A stretch of DNA of 64,000 nt. It comes from Oikopleura dioica. Taxonomy: Eukaryota > Animalia > Chordata. Positions 1-12,751 of the stretch are shown here, in pieces. Under the pieces are notes generated by a model. The model worked only from the letters and a program-made list of their open reading frames with translations, ran no database searches and was not told where the DNA came from. Made by a program: the position numbers and the translations under genes. Where the stretch lies: assembly GCA_907165135.1 (NCBI GenBank), contig OU015566.1, forward strand, positions 13,020,001 to 13,084,000. The letters run 5' to 3'. How positions within the stretch are numbered: the stretch's first letter is position 1; every line of letters begins with the position of its first letter.

Positions 1-1088
1 GACCGATTAAACTTTCTTTCTTCCACCTGTTGGAATCTTGTGTGATTGACTTGAGAAAATGACAAGGGAAAGGCGCTCCAAGCGCGGTGTTTGCTAAGAC
101 ATTGTATCAAACGCTGTTTGAGGAACATTGACGATATTTGCAAATGTTATAAATGAATAGCATGCTATAGGCAGCCCATTTATTAGAGCCACGCACCGAC
201 TCAAAGAGGCCCAGGAATTGTCCGAAATCAAAGCCAATTTTTTGCTACGAGCTTTTTGAAAACAGAGAGAGAGAGTTAGAAATAACGATAAAAAGATAGA
301 GCTATCAAGACGTCTTAAAGAGGTAAACTGATCATTTTGTCAAAATTTCTTCCTTGATTTCAAAATTGAAATTGTGTTTTTTCATGATTCAAGTTATAGA
401 AAAGTTCTCATCTTCAACTTGAAGACTTCAAGAGCCGTAGATTCTCTCAGAGACGTTTTATTTGAGACTGGCTTAGTAAACCGATCTTCAAAGAAAAAAT
501 GAAGCGAAAAAATGTCTATTTGAGAACAGTTACAGTAGGCAAATTTTCTCGACAATTTCGCAAATACGAAAATGCCTGCTGCCATTTTTTAAAAACTGGA
601 TTGTGATCTCGTAAGGAAGGAGGTGTTTGAGTGACGAGTTATTTGCCGTCTTCGTTTTGTAAAGTTTGTACAGCTGAAATGAATGTCAGTTCTCTTCTTT
701 TTCGAATTTCTGAGCTAGAAATTGCTTAGGCCTTCCATGATAGCCTTAGACGTTCCTGCCGCCTGTCAGTAAAAATCTACGGCTAGCGGGACGCTCCAGC
801 TGTCAATATTATCTTTGCACTTGAATTTAATTTCTTTATAAACATACGGCTCCTCTTTGACGGAGGCCGCAATTTTTAAGCGTTTATTGATAATTTCTCG
901 GGCAATAACTTTCTTTACTTTTTTGAACTTTGCTTCGGGTACATCCACTTTTTACGAACTACGGGACATTTTGTCCGTTTTTACGGGGCATTTACGGAAC
1001 TAATTTCAGACTAATTACGCGGTTTTGCCATAAACAGATGTTTTATTCGTCAATTAACAACGGCTTTGGAAAGATTTTCTTATCAAAA

Positions 1089-1292
1089 TCTGTATAGAAA
1101 ACCTAAGTCAGGGTCTCAAAGATCTATTATAAAAAGCTGCGTAGCGGCTTCGCCAGAATTTGAAAATTGATTTGGAAGATAATTTTGCGAAGTCGATTTG
1201 CGGCTTCGTATTCAGAAAAAGCCGCTACGCGGCTTTTCATAATAGTTCTTTGAGACCCTGACTCAGGTTATCGATATAGGTTGCCGACCCTA
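1089..1292. mobile_element. MITE family A copy (palindromic non-autonomous element)
   Basis: Arms AAAACCTAAGTCAGGGTCTCAAAGA / TCTTTGAGACCCTGACTCAGGTT enclose AAGCCGC-N3-GCGGCTT palindromes; matches other copies in the window. Confidence 0.8.
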
Positions 1293-2598
1293 ACACTAAC
1301 CCTAGCCCATCAAAAAGCACTAGAAAATGCGCTTGAAAAGTCAAGATCCACGAAATGTCTTAATTACTAAGATAGCGGAGATGTATTATTTGCCAAGGAC
1401 TTACAAATTCTTGTTTATCAGAAAATGCAAATAGCTTCTTTTCCTCGCATTTCTGAGCCGTTTTTTAAGAGCTGTTAAGAATTTAAGTACCTCTGCTCAT
1501 TTTTTAAACAGTGAAAAAATGACGAAGTAAAGAATCTCTTGCGCCGATTTTTACGACTTATGGCGGGGAACGCGGACGGGGGTAAGGCTTTTGAGAGGAA
1601 CCAGCCAGGGAGAAACGAATATAACGGATATTTGGCTTGTCCGATTTTGTTCCTGTTGTAAAAATCGCTACAAAGAGAGAAAGAGAGAGAGAGTCACTCT
1701 TCGTAAACTCAATCCACATTTGTCGAAGTCGAAGAGATGATGACCCATAGAATTGTTGTCAGATCAAATAAGAGGACGTTTCAGTCAGATGCAGCCGAGG
1801 ATAATTTACCAGGTTCAATTCTTTAATCAAATCAAGCAATTTTTCGAAATTTTCTAGACGGGAAATCTGTTCAATTAGAAATTAATTTTGTCATTTAAAA
1901 TCTCAGCAACTCAGATCAATCATTTTTTTTCTCGGAACTGCGAATGGAATGCCTTGATCCCAACAAGACATCAGTAGAGAGAGAAATGAGCAGCCAGGAA
2001 AACCATGACTTTCACCAAATTTGCGATCATTGCCATTTACCGAAACTGTCGACAGATCAGCTCGGTATTCCTCAGTAAAACTTTTCAATCGGAAAATTTC
2101 AATCAGGGTCCTTGAGCTACCGCCAGCAGGGTCCCTGCTCGTTTTTATCAGTCTGATAGGAGCTCTATATTCAGCTCTTTTCTCCCCCTTTTCTTCCTTT
2201 GAGGCCTATTTATACCCATTTTTTTATTTGCCGCGTTTATTTTCATTGAAATCAACAAGTTTTGACTTCAACTTTAGCGAAAAGACGGAGCCCGATAACC
2301 AAAATCGACCCAGCGATGACCACAAAAACCGACCATGGTGAGTTCAACTTTCTTTTCTTTTTTGCCCCCATTTTTCGTTTACAGAGAAAAAAAGAGCATC
2401 ATGGGAAAAATTACGTTTCCTCTTAAGAGAACTTTAAAACCGGACGCGAGCAAAGGTTTACGACTGATTTCGTTACTTCCTATAGAATATCGTAAAAACA
2501 CATGACTAGAATTAGGTGACATGTCACATGTATTAGTATCAGTTTTTTATTGTCTACCACAAGTAGTCTCTGAAGTGACTAACTTTTCTGAAAGAAAG

Positions 2599-4380
2599 AT
2601 GTCATCAGAAAGAGAGAATTTAATCATCACTTTAAATTTAGCAAATGGAGACTACAAAGCGCACGAAAACTACCACACAGATGAAGTAAGAACACTCTTC
2701 GTATCTGGCCTACCTACAGACGTAAAACAAAGAGAGCTACACCTACTTTTCAGGCCGTATAAAGGTAGATTTTGATTGACGACTTCTAGTAAAAACGTCA
2801 TTAAAAATATTTTTCAAAGGCTTCGAAAGTGCCGTCCTGAAGTTTCCCCAAAAGCCCGGAAAAGTTTATCCAATCGCCCCCGTCGCATTCGTCACCTTCA
2901 AATCAAAAGCGGAAGCCCAAGTTCCGAAAGAAGAGCTTCAAGGGGAGAAATTTGACAACGACTACCCCACGACGCTGAGGCTGGAATTCGCGAAATCAAA
3001 TACGAAGAATAGAATGAAATCGCTCAAAGAACTTGACACTTCAGGTACTTATCGATCAATGGGGGATTTTTAAAGGAAATCTGTAGATTAATATCGTCCT
3101 TGATATAAAACAAAAAAACTCGTAAATTGCGAATGTTACGCGATAGTAGTATGAATTCGAAGATTCTCTTCCTTGATTTCAATAAACCTCTCTTTCTAGC
3201 CCTGCCGCTGATGATGACCACAGGAACAGGCATCCTCGATCCGTTGATATTGCCGGCCGACGTTGGCACCAGTGTCCACGGCACAGGAATGGTTTATTGA
3301 TTCTCCCAGGTGATTTTACTCTTCCCAGATCGTTCGCTTTTTTCACACCCAAAAACAGAGCTTCCCTCGTCTTCGATCCCGAAGCTCGTATCGAAACAAT
3401 CGTGTCACAGTACAAAAAGTACCAAAAAAACAAGACAAAACGGAAAGCAGCACGGATACAAGCACAAGATATGTAGCACCTAAAAATGTCAAAACCGTAA
3501 AAATATCCTCTCACCGCTCAAAAAAATGGCGCACGAGAAATTTTCATCCCACGACCAAAAATCGGGCTTCGAAAATTTTCTCCTACCCGGTGTCTTCATC
3601 CATAAATACGAAAAAAACAAAACATATCAATAATCACAAAAAAGGACTTAACTCCGCAGGAATGCCGCGCGGCGTAAAACGAGGCCGCCTCGATAATTTT
3701 AGAGCACATCCATTTACCAGACCGGTAGAGGTAACGAAATTTTTTCACATTCAAAAACTCATAATCGTAAATTTTTAAAAACTGTTAATTATTCATCGCT
3801 TCTATAAGTTCTCTTATTGCATGGCAAATTTCTACAGATGAAGGTCTTTATTAGACCCCTTCAAGTAGAAGAAGGGTTTCTGGGCTCGGAATCCTGAGTA
3901 GAAACCTGAGTCAGGGTCCTGAAAGAGCTATAGTGTGAGTTTTAGCGAAGCCGCTTCGCGGCTTTGTTTTTGAAAAAGCCGCTACGTGGCTTTTCATAAA
4001 AGCTCTTTCAGGACCCTGACTCAGTTTTTTACTCAGGATTCCGAGCCCAGAAAAGTATAAAAGACTTTTTCTGTGGAAATGAACGCAAATTTCATAAAAA
4101 AAATGTAAATATAATTAAAAAATAAGCTTCTAGTAGCATCATTATCACTTTTTTGATTTCACCACAACCAACCAGCCTTATCGTTAAGCAAAAGCACACA
4201 CAATCACAAAATGACGAGCAAAATCTCATACGATCTTTACAGTTTCCAGCCGCGGCCAACATCGTCCAAGTTCCGCAAATGCCAATGGCGAATTTGATGG
4301 TGCCCCAAGTCACCATGGCGAATGCAATGGCATTTCAGAACAAAAACGGGCTCATTCAAATGGCTCCTAGTAGTCAAATG
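2599..4380 (+). CDS. RBPMS: RRM RNA-binding protein of the RBPMS/couch potato/MEC-8 family (3' end uncertain)
   Basis: Exons 2599-2764, 2820-3044, probably 3200-3291 and 4243-4380, all GT-AG with compatible phases. Spliced RRM reads [35 protein letters not shown]...PVAFVTF...[24 protein letters not shown], the family signature. Confidence 0.85.
3879..4050. mobile_element. MITE family A copy, in RBPMS intron
   Basis: Near-perfect palindrome CTGGGCTCGGAATCCTGAGTAGAAACCTGAGTCAGGGTCCTGAAAGAGC ... GCTCTTTCAGGACCCTGACTCAG...GGATTCCGAGCCCAG. Confidence 0.9.
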
Positions 4381-4395
4381 GTTGGTAGAGGGAGT

Positions 4396-4637
4396 CTGAG
4401 CTCGACATCCTGTGTCACAGGCAGGGGCTGAAAGATCATAAATCAAAAGCCGCGTAGCGGCTTTTTTTTTCAAAAACGAAGCCGCATAGCGGCTTCGCAT
4501 AGTAACCGTTACAATCTATTGTTTAGTTGCTGCGAAGCCGCTTTGCGGCTTCGTTTTGAAAAAAGCCGCTACGCGGCTTTTCATTTAATATTTTTCGGAC
4601 CCATACTCTGGCTTTCCACACAGGATGCCGACCTCAG
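4396..4637. mobile_element. MITE family A copy (degenerate arms, four internal palindromes)
   Basis: CTGAGCTCGACATCCTGTG ... CACAGGATGCCGACCTCAG termini with four AAGCCGC-N3-GCGGCTT units. Confidence 0.75.
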
Positions 4638-5291
4638 AAAAAAACAAAAGGGGATGATACTAATTGTCTGTTTAGTCGTACCACGGTTTCTCGAAAGCGA
4701 GGGTTACATCACCCAACGGAGCGGTTGAGTTCACAGACGCCAACGGAACCAAATACTTTGGTAAGTCAAGGCTTAGGCGCTTTTCTTCGTTCAAGTTCTT
4801 CCTCCAAATTCGCTTACCGCTCCTTTCAGCACAAAACGACCAATGAGCCACTGAATTCCATGCATGACACTCTTCATTCTATCCTTCTTTTCTGTACATT
4901 TCTTTATATATTGAATATTTACAAGAGCGAGTTTTGTAAATACGACTCTGATCCCTTGAAGTTCCACCTTCCGAAACGAGAAGAAACTGGAAAAAAAATA
5001 AACTTTCAAAAAATGCCTAAAAAGAGCTTGATAATTTGATTTTGACGCAGTTTCCGCCTCCCGAGGTGCTGGGAAAATTCAAATTAAAAAAAAATCAACT
5101 CGCCGTTTGTGTTCAAAACTCTGTAAACGGATTATTCAAATATTCAAAATCGCGCTAATAATTCAAAATCGCGCTGAATTCATGAAAAAAAAGAAGTGGC
5201 GAGCGCAGTTATCATCCAAAACGACTAATTATGCATAAAATTAGCTTTCCTAACCGCTAAAAAAGTGAGAAAAAAATTGAGATTTTCTTAG

Positions 5292-5490
5292 CTGGGCTCG
5301 ACATCCGGTGTTTAAAACCTGAGTCAGGGTCTAAAAGAGGTTAGATGAAAGCCGCAAAGCGGCTTTTTTATAAATGAAGCCGCAAAGCGGCTTCGCACGA
5401 TAACAATTTCAGCCTAATTTTATATTCTACAAAAGCCGCTTCTTTTTTCTGACCCTGACTCAGGTTTCCTTCACAGATTATCGAGCCCAG
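5292..5490. mobile_element. MITE family A copy
   Basis: CTGGGCTCGA...AAAACCTGAGTCAGGGTC ... GACCCTGACTCAGGTTT...TCGAGCCCAG. Confidence 0.85.
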
Positions 5491-6008
5491 TTCTCGAAAA
5501 TTTCTCCTTATCCTAACCTCCAATCCCCTTTAGCCACCTGTGTACGTTCATTTACGTTTCTTCCCCGTGAATATGAATTGAATTGAGTTTTTACTTGGTA
5601 TTGTACCCAGTACCCCGTCAATGTATTTTTCGTTTATCCAGGCTTGAAACAAGTCCATCGCTCATTTTTTATGAAATTTCCAGGACAAAGTATTTGATAG
5701 CGGCGCTTCTTATTTTCTCATAACCGTACTGAATCGGCCCGCTTCGTGTTTTGTATGAATTTACACTTTTTGATTGCTTTGGAGACATTTAACGAAATTC
5801 TAGAGGGCTTCTTCTGTGAACTGTAAATTGAGAAATGCATTGTATAAATCCGCGGTGCAAAATCCGGCGCGAAAATCGTGGCTATACGTTCAGAAAGCGC
5901 GTTTTGCAAATCCAGAATTGTTTGACTTGCACGTTCTATTTGGCTCAGTCAAATATCGAGCTGGTCTTACTGCTAAAAATTAAAAACTTGAAAAAACAGA
6001 GAATCAAA

Positions 6009-6524
6009 ATGTCTGATTCCGATGAAAGAAGCCTCCTAGCGGCGTTAGAAGAATTGGATGCTAAACAAAAAATGATTCAAAAAGCGAAAATAGAAGAGGA
6101 ACAAATTAAAGAAAAAATCGCTCAGATCGAACAAAATATAAACGAACGAGAAATCAAAAAGAAAAAAGAACGTGTGACCTGTCTGCGAGCAAAAGAACAA
6201 GGTCTTCTTGAGAATATCAAACGATTGACCGATAAGCAAATGGGGATAAGAAATGAGTTTTACGAAGCTTGTGACGATTTGAAGAACGAACAAAGGCAGC
6301 AAAGGAAGAGTGATTCTTTTGTCGATGATATGATGAAGACTCGGTCAAATGAAATTGATTTGCTCGATTTTGGGAGTTGGAAAATATCAAAAGACACTTC
6401 TCAGAAAGTGGCAAAATCATTTGATGAAATGCCTTCATCTTACCCGAAGCCTTTACCGAAAAAACCTGCAACTACCCATGGTTATACCGATAAATTTTCA
6501 GGCTGTATGCCTAAGAAGTACTAA
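6009..6524 (+). CDS. Intronless 171-aa coiled-coil (K/E-rich) protein, unknown function
   Basis: ORF from ATG 6009 (MSDSDERSLLAALEELDAKQKMIQKAKIEEEQIKEKIAQIEQ...) to TAA 6524; heptad-like charged composition; no recognised domain. Confidence 0.65.
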   Translation: MSDSDERSLLAALEELDAKQKMIQKAKIEEEQIKEKIAQIEQNINEREIKKKKERVTCLRAKEQGLLENIKRLTDKQMGIRNEFYEACDDLKNEQRQQRKSDSFVDDMMKTRSNEIDLLDFGSWKISKDTSQKVAKSFDEMPSSYPKPLPKKPATTHGYTDKFSGCMPKKY

Positions 6525-6962
6525 GAACAACCAAAGGTGTTCCCAGCTGAAGAAGCAAAACCTTATTTTTATCCTGATTTAAGTCCTTCGAATCCGTTTC
6601 AGAAACAATAAATCAACATTATTTTACCAATTCTTGCCGTGAGATTTCACCACATTCTGTATGCAGGAATGCGGACTAATCACCTCTCCCTAGCAGCGCA
6701 ATCAGCGAAAGCATTCTACACATTCATGCATGTTTTTTCTCGCGAAGAGAAAGTTACAAATTACCCTCCTCCCGCTGTCACCCTGTGTATTGCACTCGTC
6801 AGAATTCTAGCGCCTCGTCTCTCCATGCAAATATGTAGCCGTTAAAATGCATCCTCATCGTGCGTGGATTATAAATAATTATGTTCACTTGATAGGCTTG
6901 CGATTTGCAAAGCTCGATAAGGGTGGCCAAGCCCAGTTGGAGGAAGTCGGAGGTGTCAGAGT

Positions 6963-7203
6963 TGAGCCCCGCCCTGCTGGGAAAAACCTGAATCAGGGTT
7001 TGAACGAGCTAGAATGAAAAGCCGCGTAGCGGCTTTCTAAAAAACGAAGCCGCGAAGCGGCTTCGCAAGAGTTTGAAAATCTATATACAGTATTTATGGC
7101 GATGCCGCTTCACGGCTTCGTTTTTAAAAAGCCGCTACGCGGCTTTTCTTTAAAATTTGCTCAGACCCTGAGTCAGGTTTTGTACCCAGGTTGCCGAGCC
7201 AAG
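6963..7203. mobile_element. MITE family A copy
   Basis: AAAAACCTGAATCAGGG ... GACCCTGAGTCAGGTTTT...CAGGTTGCCGAGCC arms with four internal palindromes. Confidence 0.8.
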
Positions 7204-8608
7204 CCAGAAATATTAAGACAAATAAATGAGAATAAAACAAGATTTGAACAAAAAGAGATGAACAAAAGCACATGTACTCGGCAGCTGAGTGGAATTAAGT
7301 TATCTTCAAGGTTGGAAGCTACTCGCTCGGGATTAGAAAACTCTTCAGTAGTCGAGTGAAACTGAAGCGGGAGGGAGGAAACGGTCCACATGCTGCACTT
7401 CGCTATTACCGCCTCACGTTTGAACCTCGCTGGATTTTCTTGAAGATCGAGGAGAAAAGGAGGTGGTTTCTTTCTGATGTAAGTAACAAGTAATGATCAG
7501 GGCGTCAACAACAACTCGTTCGCTCCACCAACCGCCCTAAAACAGATTTGATTGAATCTGCTTCACGTTTTGAATGTTTCCCTCAAGCCGATTTTTGTAT
7601 TGCTTCCAAGTTTTGGGCGTATTTTGGCGACAAAAGTTACGCGGCTTCAGCTGGCCTCGCCCGGAAACGCCACCCGCTCAGCCTAGAACGGAGAAGAGCT
7701 TTACGGCTTGGGGAAAATATGGGAGGCCGCCAGTCTACAAGCTGACAAAACAACGGGTAATTCAATTCAATAACGTGTATTATCTGATTTAAAAATAAAA
7801 TTGATAATCCACTTCGTTCAAAAGATAATTTTCAATTGACTGTTTATTACTCATTTTAAGGGTATCCAGTTGGAAATCATCGATAAAAATTAGGGTAAAA
7901 ACCATTCGTTAATTTAATTTTTAAAGTCTATCTATGCATTAATGTGGAGAAATAAGGGTATCACTGTGCTAACTTTTGGTGAAAAACTTGTAAAAAAATC
8001 ATCATTTACTAAAGATATACCCTTAAAAAATTGATTTTTTAAAATAAAAAATGAATTTCAAACTAATAAGTCGAAAAATAAACTGATCAAAAGAAGCATT
8101 ATTGACCGAGATATCCTTATTTCTATGATTCCAGGCGTGTCAAGTACCACGGAAATCATTTGGAATTCTAGCAAAAAAACGTCCTCCCCGGAAACACTCG
8201 TCAAATATTTTGGCATCGTCAACGGCTTTCATAAAAAATACGAAAAAGCCGTCGCATGATTTTTTTCAATTTCTGCTGAAAGTTCTGATTTCTTGATCGG
8301 CGAATCTGACGCATTTTCGTCTGAGGAGAAATTATTCAAAATTAGGCGGCGGGAGGGGCCTTGATCGCTGTTGTGGGAACTTCGAAGTGTGTTTGTGCAA
8401 ATTCTGATTCTGCTGCTCTTCCAACAGAATCGAGGATAATCCCAAGTTGGGGTCGCAGAAAGCTAATAAGGGATTAGTCACTTTCGTCGGCGATTCATCA
8501 AAGTTGGCGTTGGAAAACAAGAATTTTGAATTGAAATCTATTGACGATAAACTTCTAGCGTCCGCCAACAGGAGTTTCAACTAAAAATCGAAAATATGAC
8601 TCCAAGAT

Positions 8609-8897
8609 CTGGGCTCGGACCTGTGTATAAAACCTGAGTCAGGGTTTGAAAGATCTCTTATAAAAAGCCTCGTAGCAAAACGGGATGGTGTCTGGAACCG
8701 ACAAAAAATTTCGACAAATTTTGCGTGGGCGGCTACTCGGTTGCTGATTGGCCGGTTTGCCGAATCCAGGCTTCTGATTGGTTGAAAATTTCCACGTAAA
8801 ATTTGTCGAAATATTTTTGTCGGTTCATGACACCTCCCCAGCAAAACTACTTTTTCTTTAGCTGACTCAGGTTTTAAACACAGGTTTCCGAGCCCGG
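8609..8897. mobile_element. MITE family A copy carrying a nested family B insertion
   Basis: CTGGGCTCGGACCTGTGTATAAAACCTGAGTCAG ... CTGACTCAGGTTTTAAACACAGGTTTCCGAGCCCGG. Confidence 0.85.
8682..8839. mobile_element. MITE family B (GGG termini, 8-bp TSD)
   Basis: TIR GGGRWGGTGTC..GAACCGACAAAAA(T)ATTTCGACAAATTT; TSD AGCAAAAC at 8674-8681 and 8840-8847. Confidence 0.9.
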
Positions 8898-9693
8898 TCC
8901 AAAATTGTCAAAAAACGTCGTTATTTTAGCCGAAGATTGTCAATCATGAGACAAAAAGCGCGATTCATTTTTTCGCAAAGTTGACTATCTTAGGCCCCTT
9001 TTTCGACTCTTTATCGACTATTTTGGGCCTGCAATTGAGTTGACTCTAGAATCGAAAAACCCCTGAAAATATGTGGACCTGAACTTGTGACCCTTGAAAA
9101 AAAAAACGTACTTCCATCGCCAGGCGTTATCAACAAGTTGCTAAAATAGCGATAAAAATCTGAGCGCAAGAGTGAAATCGATGATCCTGAACATTTCAAG
9201 ATCATCTCACTGGCCTAAACAACAGTAGCATTAGCGATAAGGACTCGAGCCGGCGAAAAAAATAGCCTCTAAATGGGCGAAGTTATACTCTGTTTGTATA
9301 TATGTTTTATCAAAAATGAAGATGGCTCGATACTCGAGATGTAAGCATGATTCTTGTTTCTGTTTGAAATAAGAAGGCGACTTCCGTCGGTTTTTGTTTG
9401 AAAATGCGCCGTCGGAAGCACTCACAGGATTTGACGTTACATCTTTCAAAGAAAAAACTCAATAGAACATGTATTATCCCGCTTGACTCCACCTTTCTGA
9501 AAAATATCGTATTTGAGAGAAAATAAACAATGATTAAAAATGCACAATTTTGCAATTAGAAAAACTGGCAGCTAGACTTTTCCTTTTTACAAAGAAGAAC
9601 TTATGAAGGGGCTCAACATCCTAGGGCCTAGGACATAGGCTATGTCACCTAGGTCCCTATTTCAGGATTAGGGTTAGCCTTGCCCGGTTAGGG

Positions 9694-9803
9694 CTAGGCT
9701 CGGCAACCTGTGCAGAAACCCTGAGTCAGGCTCTGAAAGAAGATTTGCATCAAATATCTTTTCAGAGCCTGACTCAGGTTTTTACACAGGTTGCCGAGCA
9801 CAG
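9694..9803. mobile_element. MITE family A short copy (arms only)
   Basis: CTAGGCTCGGCAACCTGTG...CCTGAGTCAGGCTCTGAAAG ... CTTTTCAGAGCCTGACTCAGG...CACAGGTTGCCGAGC. Confidence 0.85.
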
Positions 9804-12751
9804 GTTAACTGAAGCTCGAATGCAAATGAAGTCAAGCTCATAATCCTCGGCTCCTATATTTTTGTCCATTTACAAATAGGCTCGGAATGCATAAAAATGA
9901 AAATGTCGACATTCTTGTGAATACAAAATCGGCACCGGATGATGCGGAAACGGTTGGTTGTTCATTTTAGGCTGCAGGAGTCTTCTTCCGGCCGGACGAA
10001 TACTCGACCCGCCCTTTTAAATATCTCCAAGGTTGGAAAAGATGAAAAGTTTATCTGCTTCCTTTTGTTCTGCGGCCAGATGTGGGCAGAAAAATTCAGG
10101 TTCCGCTCCCCAAAATTTTGTGCTTTTGGACTCGAAGAAACAACCACGTGGTTCAACAAACAAGTGGCTTTCTGCTTGATTTGCCGTTTTTCTTTGGTTC
10201 AATTCGAGGAGAGAGGGCCGTCCTTTATAAGGACCCGGTCTGTAACTTAGGAGGCGAAAATGACACGAACTAGGGTGGGGATAAGCGGACTTGAATACTG
10301 CTCACCGTAATCATATATTGCGCAGCGAAAGACCCTGAGACAGGATTAGAACCACATCAGCTCGGGTTCATTAGGTAATCATCCCTCAACTACATTACAT
10401 AATTACTAAAATAGGAGCTGAAATCTAGTAAAGTTGCCGTAAAAATCAATTTTGAGAAAATAAATTCTGATTATAAATTTTCATATCTGACTGAAGAAAA
10501 ATGTCATCATCAAAAATCTGATGGTCAAGATTGATAAGGAATTGTTTATTATTTTGTTGAAAGCGAAGAAAGAGCGAGCCTATCAGCCGACTCAAAGAGA
10601 GGCTAAGACAGAGCTCTGTGCGCGAATCGTGATCACTCAGCGGCGCCCTGCGCAGCGGGAGACCGCCGCTCGTTAGCGCCACCACTGCGAGATCTCTCTC
10701 TATCGAGCAGCACAGTGTGGCGATATACCACATCGTTTGTACCAAACGGTAAAGCCCCGCCCTGGCTCCGCCTTACCAAATCACGATCCACGGATAGAAC
10801 AATCCGAACAAGAGAAGTCGAGAGATCTTAACGTGAACCTTCTGCTAACAGTCGCTTTTTAACAACGGAAGAAAACAAAGAAGAAAAATATGACGACGCT
10901 AGAAACAGGACCGCCGCCGCAATTTGATATAACGGTAAGGCCCCATACGATAGAGAACGGAGCTTAATAAAATCAATAATAAGCTTGGGGACTCTTATTT
11001 CAGAGAAATTAAAAATAGACATTCTGATTGTTTTTCTGGGTCAATTGCAGATAAGCCGAACTAAGCTGTCATAGCAGGTGTTCTTCACTCTTAGGTCTAT
11101 TCTTGGAGACAAGATATTTTTGCATCTGTCGACAAATTCTAGATGTATTTGCAAATACTCATCATAAAGCTGGATTTTATATGCAATGCTTGATTTTTAT
11201 ACCCCTAAAGTCCAGTGAAGCCTTCACCTAACCTGTTGTTGTCTAAAAGATTGTGAAAAAAATCGAGTCAAATATTGATAACATCCTCAAATGTACTGCT
11301 CTCTCTATACAGTCTACGTGACCTAAATAACTGTAAATTATCCGTAATACTTGGAAAATGTTTTTATTACAGAACTACTAATTTATGGAGTAACATGTGA
11401 CCAAAATACTGTGCCCAAGCCCATTCCCTTTTCTTGCTTCTGTTTGGGTAACTGATAAGTAGCTTATCAGTGTTGCATTGTTTAGTATTTGTATTTATGA
11501 CGCCCATGAGGATGGAGTCGAGAAGGTGGAGTCCATTTGCTCCGTTGATCGCGGCTTAGCGCACTAATCGGACAGATAAAGATGCAATCGCAAGTGGCTT
11601 ATCGCACTCAGCTCCCAATCAATGCAACATACACTAGAATAAATTTATAAGGACTTACCCGGGCGTGGATCGGAGGAGCTTTTGGCATGTTATTTGAAAA
11701 TCACTCGAATTTCTTTCAAAAAATGGCCAAAAACAAGCTTCAACTATCCATAACCCTAATTGCTACACAAAGCCCCCCGCCCAGTTGCAATAACTTTCCG
11801 TTACCGGCAACCCAGGCTTGCGCATATTCTCGCTGCTCCCCCAAAAATCAAAGGCGCAACCTTGACTCCTCCTCTCACTCAGCAACGCCCGGTGCATTTT
11901 TGATTCGCGCGACGCTGACAGAGAGGAGCACTTGATTCTTTCTATGTGTGTTCTTGGCGAAAAAATAAAATAAATTTGAATTTCCGACAACGGGATGATG
12001 CACCACCGGTCGTGTAACATTCGGCGGGATGGGTCTTTGATCTTTAAAGAAATTCAAAAATTCGAAAAAGAGTTGAACAAAGATGGTTGTTTGATTGAGC
12101 GCGAATGTGATTCTTTTAGATTGACTGTAGCTCCTTAAATTTACCGAGAGACTCCCTTATTTCTTGCTCTATTTTGAAGCTCAGGCATTCTGAAGCCTTA
12201 GTAGTGCGATATCCTTAAGTTTTTACCTTATCTTAAGGGTATCCGTGGCGATTTAAAGCTCTCCGTGACCATTTTGGCCACTTGGGTACCAAGAGGTTAA
12301 ATCAAATCTCCGAGGCTCGCAAACTCGGAAATTGTTGATGATTTGAAGTGTCCACACAACATCACAAATTCAATTTGTTGTCCTTTCCCTAGAATCTTTT
12401 CCCCGGCTCGCGTTATCGAATATTCCATATTCAGACTGTGAGACTCAAAATCTAATTTATCTAATTTTAAAATTTGTCTTGCAAAAAGTCGTGTGCCAGA
12501 GCAACTTTCTCTCTCTCTCTCTCTTTTTTATAAGTTTTCTCCAAAACAGCTCATCGGCTGCAGCGTGTTGACACCAGTTTAACTCCAAACATTAATATTA
12601 GTTTAGACTGATCTGATAATGTTTTCCGATTTGGGATCACAATAAACCTCAGATTTTTTTGCGAAAAAGGGGGAATCCGAAAATAGAGGACACATAAACT
12701 CATAAACAAGGCTACTTCCGTTACTATTTCCCGAATCCTTTCAATCATTAA

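Noticed and set aside
1-950. Minus-strand ORFs 394-585 and 766-948 as a gene
   Set aside because: Could not be joined into a stop-free model; no recognisable domain
4381-4431. MITE A supplying the C-terminus and stop codon of RBPMS
   Set aside because: A GT donor at 4381 precedes the element, so it is more likely intronic; needs cDNA
7860-8022. TTAA-flanked GGGTAT...ATACCC element (Kolobok-like)
   Set aside because: Only a 6-bp inverted match in AT-rich DNA; similar ends at 12235, 51350 and 52655 are unpaired, so support is too weak
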